Shown piece by piece: positions 53,888-64,000 of a DNA stretch of 64,000 nt (positions within the stretch are counted from its first letter, which is position 1; each line of letters opens with the position of its first letter). Under the pieces are notes generated by a model, which was not told the DNA's origin, made no database searches, and was given only the letters and a program-made list of their open reading frames with translations. Made by a program: the position numbers and the translations under genes. This DNA is from Sphaeroforma arctica JP610 (taxonomy: Eukaryota), in NCBI RefSeq assembly GCF_001186125.1, contig NW_014040507.1:120774-184773 (forward strand), in the 5' to 3' direction.

Positions 53888-55067
53888 ATGAGCGGAAACA
53901 TCTTATCTGCTCTAATACACGAGCAAAAGACAATCACACCCCTCGTAGTGCCTATAATAACCCCGGTTCCAATTTCATCACGAGACGAAACAAGGGAAAG
54001 GTTATTCCGCAGGCCGGTTCCGGTCCTTGTGGACCCAATCAGAATAGAAATATTCAGTTCCGTCTCCCCGCGGAATGGACCGATATGAATGACATTTTTT
54101 CTTATTCACCTTCAAGACTTCGGGAACCGACCCGGGATTGTCCGCATCGCAAAGTAGCGCAACCCTTTCTCCCGTTTGAGAACTACCGTTGGTGGAACCG
54201 TAATGGAAGATATTCAGGGTATCAATGTATTTAAGACACTCCCGAATTTGTTGCCAGCCCCTACGGACGAGTGAATGGTAAGGGAACAACCACTGCGGCC
54301 GATACCGCGGCCGGTGTTCAATACTTTTGGAGACCAAATATTTCGGGTGTTCTTTCGAATGACCTCATTCTTCTCCTGCCTTATATGCCCGAGGTGATGA
54401 TTGAACTGTACCTGGATGACGCATATGGCTTAACACTGACACGGTTGAATTTTCCGCCGATTTTGTCAATGCTTTCGAGGGTAGTCTTACCGAACGACCT
54501 CTACACTACTATTACACTTCCGCTTCTCAATTCACCCATAACATTCAGGGTGACGCGGATACCGCCATTGGTTCATTGTGAATCGATACAAAAGGTATCT
54601 TCGGAGTGCTTAAAAATAACACTCATATTTCCGATATCACAAAGAACAGTTTCAAGTTTATTCACGGAGGAACATCGCAGTGTCAAATGTCTCTCGTTTC
54701 CGTCGTGTTCCACAGGAACCCATCCGGAACACCAGAAATAGAGGTGCCGGTGGATACAAACAGGGAGAGTATCTGGCATATTTCCCGCATGTTCTGGCAA
54801 ATGTCAGACAGAAAAATGGCGGTATGAATATCGCCGGAGTGATTGGCTCCCGCCGATGATGAGGCTTCCGTCTCTTCGATTTGGGCCATTGGTGTTGATA
54901 TGACTGTTGATAACAGCAAGTTGGGAGGTTTGGATAGAACAGTCACATTTGGTTTTCCTCTTCTATTGACGACAATGGGGACCACTCTGAGTCATTTAAC
55001 CGCTTTCGTACAATACGGTAATATTTTAACCATTAACCCCAACCGGTCTACTTTGATTACATTCTAA
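53888..55067 (+). pseudogene. Polinton-like virus double-jelly-roll major capsid protein, frameshifted
   Basis: Stitched frames give PQAGSGPCGPNQNRNIQFRLP, FSRLRTTVGGTVMEDIQGINVF, ISGVLSNDLILLLPYMPEVMIELYL, LNTDTVEFSADFVNAF, VPQEPI and WAIGVDM..LGGLD..LTAFVQYGNILTI. Length about 390 codons. Recognised by pattern, not by search. Confidence 0.7.
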
Positions 55068-55139
55068 ATGAAATCAATAATGAAATCAAATTTCTAATTC
55101 CTTTTTCCAAATATAAAAATTAGAAAATTCAAATTAATA

Positions 55140-55694
55140 TTACGCTTGATATGCGTGATTAACAAGTAATGTTCCACCATGTAAGTCATTATCACTAAAC
55201 TTGGTCTCAATTTTAAATGTGATCATCGGTCCCGCGACAGTGAATGAAATTGGGTTCCCGTTTTCTTGAACAATTCTAAGATTAAACTGTTGAAGCTCTG
55301 TGTTATCATAGAGGGGGTGGAGAAATACCCGCATCGGTCGTTTCATTGTAAATTTGAACACCAGCCCCCAGAACCGGAAAGGTCTCTATTACCCCATTAT
55401 CATATGTTGCCGGGGCTACATCCGTATCCATCAACGGTATATTATTTGACGACAAAACACAAAACTTTGCTAACGATAATATATCCGCGGCATCGAATAA
55501 TATATTTCCAAGTCGATTAGTTGTCTCACCTGTGGTCGGGGCTTTTACTCGGGCCGGTAAATCGACCGTAATGTTGAATGATGTTCCTGGGGGTGTAAAA
55601 GGCATTTGCAAAATTATTTGAACTATTCGTATTAATATTCAGGTCTTGGTTGAAAATGATGTCTCTATTTTAAAGGCTTAATTCTTTGTGCCAT
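55140..55694 (-). pseudogene. Putative minor capsid (penton-like single jelly roll) protein, frameshifted
   Basis: LSLAKFCVLSSNNI..GVIETFPV..QIYN..LQQFNLRIVQENGNPISF..ITFKIE resembles penton C-termini, and it lies between the capsid and ATPase genes. Confidence 0.55.
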
Positions 55695-55752
55695 TCTTTT
55701 CTTTCTTTCGTTTTCTTTGTTTAATCAGATTTTATTAATTAAATTAAATCAT

Positions 55753-56311
55753 TTAATCTTCTTCATCGGACAATTCACTTCTATCATCTATCGCTTCTAT
55801 ATCGACCTCTTCAGATTTCTTGAATAACCGTTTTTTAACCATATTAATAAATAAAAATGAAAAGGGTTGTTTAAAGATATCTAAAATTACTCTCTCATAA
55901 GTTTTTGGGTTGTTAAATATGGAAGTATATTCTATCAATGCGTTGATTTCGCGCCTGTTTCTTATATTAAAGAACAAGACATAACCCAGATTGGTCCTGA
56001 ATGCCAATGGATATTCTCGAAATTTTTTGAGATACCACTATATAACTTATAATAAAGTAACTTTTATTGTAGCAGAGTCGAGCATTATCGTCATTTCTCT
56101 TTTTAATATTTTTAATCAAATCGTCGATAACAATAAGAGTACTGTAAATAAAACCTTTTGATAACCCGGCCTGATATTCTACATTGATATCGTCCATATC
56201 TTGATCCAATGTCGAAAGGTCAGTTTTGAATCTACTTTGGGCTATAAAATCCGTATTATAAACATTGTTAATCTAGTCCAAAAGAACTGTCGTCTTACCG
56301 GAATTGGAAGC
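55753..56311 (-). pseudogene. A32/FtsK-HerA-type viral genome packaging ATPase, disrupted and 5'-truncated by a microsatellite
   Basis: Walker A remnant ASNSGKTT (56288-56311), Walker B LIVIDD, ISYIVVSQK, then after a frameshift FRTNLGYVLFF and FSFLFIN. Confidence 0.8.
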
Positions 56312-56830
56312 TATACACGTGTGAGTCTGTGGGGTGTGTGTATACGTGTGCGTCTGTGGTGTGTGTGTATACGTGTGAGTCTATGGTGTGTGTGTGTGTA
56401 TACGTGTGAGTCTATGGTGTGTGTGTGTGTATACGTGTGAGTCTATGGTGTGTGTGTGTGTGTTGTGTGTGCCTGTGAGGTGTATGAGTGTATCTGTCTG
56501 TGTCTGGGACGGAGTCTGTGTCTCTGTTTGTCTGAGATGATTCTGTGTTTCTGTGTGTGTGGTGTGTGTTGGTGTGTGTAGGTGGTGTGTGTGTATGTGT
56601 GTATAGTATATAGTATATATATATATGTTTGTGCGTGTGCGTGTGTGCGTGTATGTTTATGTGTGTATGGAAGTGTGTATGTGTGTATGGAAGTGTGTGT
56701 GTGTGTACGTGTACGTGTGTGTGTGTATGTGTGCCTCTATTTGAGTGTGTGTGTGATTCCCCATTTAGACGAAGTGCGTACGTCTTTCTATATAGATACA
56801 TACACATGTATGTGTTTATGTGTGTACACG
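56312..56830. repeat. (TG)n-rich microsatellite/minisatellite block
   Basis: Includes repeated tatacgtgtgagtctatggtgtgtgtg units. Confidence 0.92.
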
Positions 56831-56929
56831 TTTGTATATATTTGTTTGTTTACGTCTGCATGTCTAATTTTGTTTCATTTTCATTTTGTGCATGGATTTG
56901 TGTGCGTATGGATCTTCGTATGTCAACTC

Positions 56930-58185
56930 GAGCTGTTTCACACCCACTTTCTTGGCTCGATACGGCGATTTTGAGCCTCGGATGGGTTTGCCCACAAGCT
57001 TCTTCCCACTAGAAATTAATCGAGGTGCCGGAGGTTGGCGGTGCTGAGCCCATCTTGGGGTCGCTGACAGGCAACTGACCACCGAAAAGCGGCTTTGGAG
57101 CGGATATATCAGTAAATTTGTAACTGCAAAATCTCGTGCGAGTATCATCAATCATGCTTGTTTGGATTCCGTTCGATTGAATTGCCGCTACCCCAGCTTC
57201 TAGAGCATCTATCCAAGATCCGATGGTATTGTTGAAAGATGTCATGTCACCAAAAACGTTGTAGGGTTTAGGTTTGGATAAATAACCGTATACTTCTATG
57301 CCTCTACTTGTTGGAGTTCCGTCAGCCAAGAAAAGGGGATCATTCCATCTCGGCTACTCCCAGTAACTGCAAAATCTCGTGCGAGTATCATCAATCATGC
57401 TTGTTTGGATTCCGTTCGGTTGAATTGCCGCTACCCCAGCTTCTAGAGCATCTATCCAAGATCCGATGGTGTTGTTGAAAGATGTCATGGCACCAAAACC
57501 GTTGTGGGGTTTGGGTTTGGATAAGTAACCGTATACTTCTATGCCTCTACTTGTTGGGGTTCCGTCAGCCAATAATTGGGGATCATTCGATCTCGGATAC
57601 TCCCGCTTCAGTGAGTCAAAACTGGAGCTCGGTACTGGTGGGTTGTAAGATAGAAAAGCTCGGCTAGCGCATCGGGAAACTGCCAGATTGTGAATCTGGC
57701 TTTCTGAAACCGCACGCAGGCTCGGACCGTATGGCGTAAGCGATGATACCATACGGAATCACGGTTTGGCCGATCACAATACACTCCATTTGCCGTTTCA
57801 GCAACCAAGAAATGACCTTACGGGGATCGGTGGGGAACTCCGCGGTGTTGTATTTGTGAACCTTTGTTAGTGCATTAGAAATCTCGACCCTGTGGCAGTC
57901 GACTTTTGCGTCCAAAAGTAAATCTAACTCTTTCTGTTTTCTAGCAACTCCATCCTCTATCTCCTGTAGGCCATTTTTCTGCCCCTCGGCACTTCTTTTG
58001 GCCAGTTCAAGGGCCTTTTCGTCCCACTTCTCAATATTTTTCTGTATGTCGGTATCAGTAGGCAGCGTTTTCTACAGTTTGGCTGGTGCGTCCGGGTCAA
58101 AGTATTGCAGCATGGTCTCCTTGAATTCAGAGTAGGACAATTCACCGGTGTAGATCTTCTCGGGACTGGTGCGCTGGTGGCGCTT
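56930..58185 (-). pseudogene. Orphan intronless decayed ORF with an internal ~240-bp direct duplication
   Basis: Minus-strand ORFs chain through a few stops and one frameshift. 57119-57350 and 57362-57595 both encode LADGTPTSRGIEVYGYLSKPKP..TRFCSY. Confidence 0.5.
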
Positions 58186-59128
58186 TATTATATATTTTTC
58201 CCATATGAATACAACAAACAAACAAAGAAAACATAGAATGCAATAGCAAAAGTAAGATGGCGCGACATGACGACATCTTTCAGAATCTACCCGCGGAAGA
58301 AGAGGATAGCGGGTACACGAGTAGCGATGCTAGTGCCACGATGCCATCTCTGGTGTCGAATAGTGGCAGCGAAGCAGATGAGACGTCGAGACCGAATGAT
58401 CAGCAAGTCCGATGGGATCAGCAAAGGGAATCTGAGGTGGACATTAGACGGTTCAGACTCAATAGAATCAGCATGGCTCGACAGCTCGAACGGTTTAGGC
58501 TTCCCAGATAGGTATCTAACTTTACTTGGACTTCAAGAAAAGATGCAGGAAATGACACCACGACCGAATCCAAGGAGCAACCTTCACAGGAGAAGACATC
58601 AGAAATACAAGAACGACATGAACAGGACCGGAAGGGCCAAATGGCCAAGACGAGGGACCAACCAGACGATCAGTTAAGTAGAAACGATTATGAAAAATAG
58701 TTTTGTGATTGTATGTTGTAAGGACAAATAGAGTGGGTAGTATTGTACGCTAGATATCGAGTTAGAACCCCGGTCGGGAATTAATTTTAGACAAAGGATG
58801 TTCATTAGGATTCGCGTCAGAGAAATGGAAGCAGTATATACGCCTAGTAAGAATTAAGGGGTAGGGTAGTGTGTATAGAAGAAGTCTGGTTTTAGAAATA
58901 GGATTGTTGCTCCAACGGTAAAGTGGGGCAAGGAGATATAATATTACAAGAAATGCGACCTGACTCTAGTAAAAGACAAAGGAAAGGGATAAATAGTTAG
59001 CAATGTCCCAAATCGGAGGTACCAAAGAGGGACTAAATCATGGTTAAAGAGAGAGTTAAGGACGCATAGCATAGACAGCGTATACAATTATCAATGAATA
59101 CTATAATATCCAAAGACCAGTGCGTCAC

Positions 59129-59178
59129 CAACGTGTTGACAACGTGTTGAAGCAACGTGTTGAAGCAACGTGTTGAAG
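59129..59178 (+). repeat. 13-bp tandem repeat x4 with a palindromic core
   Basis: caacgtgttgaag units. Confidence 0.85.
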
Positions 59179-59899
59179 ATCGAAGGGTGCAACAAGTGAT
59201 GTGCGCACTAAATGGCATCCATGTGCACCGAACGAAGGGGATAGCAGTAGAGTTGTAGGAAGATAAGGACTATCAGCATGGTTAGAGTATCACTGTTCAC
59301 CAAAGAACCATTTTAGAAGTTTCAGAACGTAGACAGGAAATAGTACTTGGTAGAATAAGTGGGGACTAGGTTAGAATTTTCACAATACGCAGTTAGAAGC
59401 AACAGAGGTACTAGGAATTTCTTATCTAGGCAGGACGTAGTGATAGACATGTTCGAGGGAAAGCGCCAAGCAAGTTTAGCAGTGTACAGAGGGGTACGAA
59501 TAGCACCACATCAGGCAGATACACATCGACAACCACATCGGTACATGCAGATACCAGGTAGAGTAATGTTAGCGAAGAAAGGGGAGTAAGGAGAGAGCTT
59601 AGGAGCTCGCTAAGGAGCAAAGGTAGGTCACCGAAGGTGGGTGTGCCTCCACCAGGGAGTAGGAGTAGCACATGAGGAGTGTAGGGCGCACCCGGACGAG
59701 TGTTTTCGACAGAGCGCATGCGCCACCACAGTTTGATGAAGGATGAGCAGGACTTACGAGCCAAATACCACTCTGAAAGAAAACGAAGTAGTAGAGCACG
59801 GAACAAACCATTCCGGGCAGACAGTGTCGAGACTTGTTGAGATGGGGGACGAACTCTAGGACGGAATAAGTATTTATACCTTACCTATTTCGAGTACGT

Positions 59900-62800
59900 C
59901 TACATACATTTCCAAACATCCACTGATCTATACCACGTACTATTATGTCCAACCCACGTCAAAGCCGTCGGCAGCAATATCTTACCCCTGAACGTCGGGA
60001 GGAAGACGACATAGACCGACGAGGAACTAAGCGCCGCCAGTCTATCACGGACTATACCAACCAACGAGCTGAGAAAGAGCGGGCGGAGCCACAGGATGCA
60101 CAAGGAGAGGTACATTACCAAGCAGTTGCTACCGACAGGCAGGCAACCATGTCACCAAAGGGTGATTATCGGCTTATCGAGGGAAGACGTCGTAATTGAC
60201 GGCGAGACCAAGGGAGATCCCGACCTGCGTGCGGACCAGGAGCAGACCATTACTGGTGAATATGTAGCTAGGAATAGTCTGCCTCCCCGTTCGTCTTCGG
60301 GTACTTCTGGAGCCTCATCTTCCGGTAATGAGTAACAACGCCTACCACCTAATAAGCGCAGACGTCACCGCCGTCGTTCCAACAACAAGGGCACGGTGCG
60401 GGGCCAGCTACACAGAAACTAACCGAGCTTATGGCGCAACAATAGTCGCTCTTGGAGAAGTACGAGCAAAGGTTGCAGCGCACATCTTCAGAGCGACCTA
60501 CGACATTGTTGTCCGCTACCGAATCGTCGTCTAGCTCACACCAACGGGTGCACACGGCACGAGGTAGAGAAGACAATCCCACGTTTTGTATCCAAGGCCG
60601 TTCACAAAAGTACCATGGACTCGGGTATGAGTTACCTGGGTCGGAAGGTCAACTAACCGAGGAGAAAGATACCTTGTCCTCTTTTGAGGAGGCTCCATCA
60701 TTCCAAGAATTCGCACGTGAGCAGGTTGTTGGTCAAGCAGAACCCACATGGGAATAATGCGCTGAAGAATAAGCAAGACCAGTTGAGTATGAATTATCGC
60801 CAACAACAGCAACGACAGTCGTTCGAGAAGGAAGCAGCCAGTGAGTATGTATAGACTTCTAAGCGTTCAGGGACGGCGACGCCTACACCTCCACCCAAAC
60901 CGGCGAGTATCGAGAAAAGTCGAGAAAAGTCGACAGGTGCTGCATGCACGTATACTTCACCTGAGCGACGAGTTATGCCAAGCAATAGAGAATAATAACA
61001 CGGCTCGAGCTGAAGCTTTTAGGGGAGCAATCGAAACGCTTCGGGTTACGCCAGAGTCCCGTCCAGTAGAAAAACGTCCGGTACCATCACCACACCACGT
61101 ACATGGCACTGGCCCTCGAATAGATACCACCTCCTGACATCATGGAACGGGATATGAGAGGGGCTCTCCTTGAGGTTTTCAAGAACGCGCAAATCGCAGG
61201 GTTGGATGAGAGTTGGAGCCTTACATGGTTTCATAAGGTATTATCTTACTTTAAGGCTGAGAAGTCAACATTGTATTACATTCGCGACAGCTCTGAACGA
61301 TTGAAGATGTGGACGCCACAACTACAAATCGAAGAGATCTGCTCGCATGAGACGCAAGCCACTGTCGATCCGTAAGCTAGCCAAGGGCCATAGTCGAAAC
61401 ATGCACACCTATCATGGAACAAATGATATAGCTCATGGAGAACCATAGGAAGGCACGTGAACGGTGTCAGACGGATGCAGACTTCCAACAGAATTTTAAA
61501 CCACTGCATTGTACAACTGTTAGAAGAAGCTCTCAATGACCGAACGTATGAACGTGGTCTAAAATTGCATCCCAAGTGGTAATTGAGGAAGACGCACGAG
61601 CTTCTACAGCTGTTGAGCCCCTATATTCAGGACGCACAGCAGCGTACCACGGCGCGACTCCAGAACCGTAATAATCGCGAGGGTCTACCGAGTAACGGGG
61701 CTGGTGACTATACCAATCGCCGCCTTAACCCGCAGACGGTTCGACGACAATCGCAGAACTGGTCACTTGAGAGTTGATGAATTTACCTGCAGGTATAGGC
61801 ATCATAGTAGGACAAGATATGTTGAAAGGTTTGGGTTTATACAAATGCGGTATCCAATCGACACTTGCACCGATAGACCCCACAGAACTGGATGAGCTCC
61901 TCGAACCCATACCATGCCGACAGGCACTGAACACGACGGAACCTGCCGATGCATGCCAACGTCTGGCATAGGATTTAGAAGCGAGCGCGATGATTGCTGA
62001 CAACGCGCGATGTCGTCTGGAAGGGAGTGAAGTTACTATTCCGGTCACCCGTGAACAGGCGATGCACATGCGCAGATCGACATGTAACTTTATGTCCGAC
62101 CGTTGGCTACCCTATGTGGACGAACAAGTGAAGAAGTGGTTGGCGGATTTGGTGATCACGAAGCGGACGACACCGACAACCGTCAACCTCACTCTACTTG
62201 CGGTCCCGACGTTCGATGCGGAAGGAAACGTGTAGAAGGTGAGGGTGTGTTTAGACATGCGCGCCGGTAACGCGCTTATCCTTGGTGACCAGTTTTTGAT
62301 TCCAAAGGTCAACGAACTTATCTCTCGCCTCAAGAGTAAGAAGTACTATACTACGCTGGACATCTCTGCGGCATACCACAGGCTGCCGATCCATCCAGAT
62401 TCACAATACTTGCTTAGTTTTACACACCGAGTGTTATCAGTACTCGCTTACATCGGCACCGTTCGGACTCCATGTGCTCACGCAACAGTTCCAGCGTACC
62501 TTGAGCACGATACTTGACGGCTCGACATCGTTATCGCTAGCGACGATTATGACGAACATATTAAGACGGTGCAGAAGGTGATCCAACGCTTGACGTACCA
62601 CAGTTTTTAAGCTTAACCCCACCAAGTGCCACTTTGCTATTCCCGAAATGATGATCCTAGGGAAGAAGGTGTCTGCACAAGGCATAGGTATTGATTATGA
62701 GAAACAGGCCAAGCTTATCGACTGGCCTACCCCACTACGTTACAAGGATATAGCCTCCGCCTTAGGATTGGCTAATTACCTTCATGAGCATCTCCCCAAC

Positions 62801-64000
62801 TTTGCGAACACGGTCGCACCTTTGCGCGAATTTTGCAAACTCAAACCGAAGGAATTGATCGGCGATCGTTGGGAGGAGCGACATGCACAGGCGTGGCAGG
62901 CGATGAAAGATGCAGTTGTTAATGCAGTAGCGTTGCACTTCCCGGTCCATGGTAATACCATTGAACTTGGAAACCGACGCTAGCGATTACGGTTTGGGGG
63001 AGCGTTATTCCAATGGGTCAACGGGAAGAAACACTATTTAATGTTCTTTAGCAAGACTCTGAACCATGCGCAACAGAACTACGCTACACCAATGAAGGAG
63101 TCACTAGCTTTGGTGTATGGGCTTACACATTTAAGGGAGCATTTGGATGGGTAACGGTTTGCAGTCTTCACGGACCACAAGACCCTTGTGTGTATGAATA
63201 CACAGCTCAAGCTTAATCCGATACTCCAGAGATGGCACCATATTATCGCACCTTTCAACTTTACCATATCACATATACCAGGAGAGACGAGCGTACTTCC
63301 GGACATGTTGGGCAGGGTACCTTAAATACTGTAAATACTGTACACGGATTGTTGGCAGTTATTCCCCAGTTACTTTGAACAAGCATAACAACAATTCGGG
63401 TTGAATAATATAGACGTATTTGCGGACCCAACTAATGCTCAGCTCTCTAAAAACCTAAAACCCTCGATTTTGGACTAAAAACGAGGGGGAAGGTGCGTTT
63501 GCCCACGACTGGTCGACGGTCGACGGATGGATGAACCCACCATGGGATAAGTAAGATACACAGAATGTTGCGCAAGATAAGGGCTGATGGTGCAAGGGCA
63601 ACTGTATGTCTACCGTGGGTACCAAGGGCACCATGGGTTGACTTATTCAAGCAGTTATTGCTGTCCGAGCCAAACGCCACATACGTTCCTCAAGTATGCT
63701 AAATACGCCTGTGGCAAGACACCATGGGGAGGCACTGTGATTGCACGGGTGAGGCCTCCTAACGGGTTCAAACTGGACCCGCTGTTTTCATAGCGACTTG
63801 GGTATGCAGAACCAAAACACACGGCGTACGTGATGTGTTTAGATACGGCACGAGATATCTCGGTGGTGATGGCAGACGCAGAGGGTCAACCGGCGTTTGA
63901 GCGAGCGACACCAGAAGAACAACAGCGCCGTACACGACTCATGCAAGCTCACCACAAACAAGGACATCATGGAGTGGCCGACACAGTTCAACAACTCCAA
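59900..64000 (+). mobile_element. Ty3/gypsy LTR retrotransposon relic (gag, PR, RT, RNase H, start of integrase); continues beyond the window; LTR/leader probably within 58700-59900
   Basis: IIVGQDML, RVCLDMR..N..D.FLIP, YYTTLDISAAYH, LNPTKCHF..ILG, LGLANYL, ETDASDYGLG, FTDHKTL, HIPG..DMLGR, and H..GHHG at the end. RT-RH-INT order. YxDD is damaged and there are multiple stops. Confidence 0.92.

Noticed and set aside
56412..57012. His/Thr- and Cys/Val-rich ORFs (also near 2846 and 38836)
   Set aside because: Translations of (CA)n/(TG)n/(TA)n microsatellites.
58257..58700. Acidic low-complexity ORF upstream of the gypsy relic
   Set aside because: Interrupted by a stop and with no identifiable domain. 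It cannot be assigned to the host or to an element.

Overview
Intron-rich eukaryotic DNA, probably a unicellular opisthokont; an ichthyosporean such as Sphaeroforma is my guess from style only. Three zones. (1) 1-28.3 kb, apparently intact host genes: exon 1 of CAF-1 p60 (CHAF1B/CAC2, minus) divergent from a complete 20-exon UPF1, a secreted protein built from an unrecognised 6-Cys/Trp repeat, and a spliced LdhA-like D-lactate dehydrogenase. (2) 29-42.6 kb, three consecutive decayed genes: a MOV10/SDE3-like helicase that appears to be spliced to an upstream catalytically dead EXD1-like DEDDy exonuclease with a prion-like N-terminus, a GT8 glycosyltransferase, and a PMCA-type Ca2+-ATPase. (3) 42.6-64 kb, a graveyard of mobile elements: a tyrosine-recombinase (DIRS/Ngaro-type) retrotransposon, two convergent Ty1/copia relics sharing an unusual half-tRNA-like primer site, a decayed Polinton-like virus capsid/penton/packaging-ATPase module, an orphan ORF, and a Ty3/gypsy relic running off the end. 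All calls come from manual translation and remembered motifs. No searches were run, and element boundaries are approximate.
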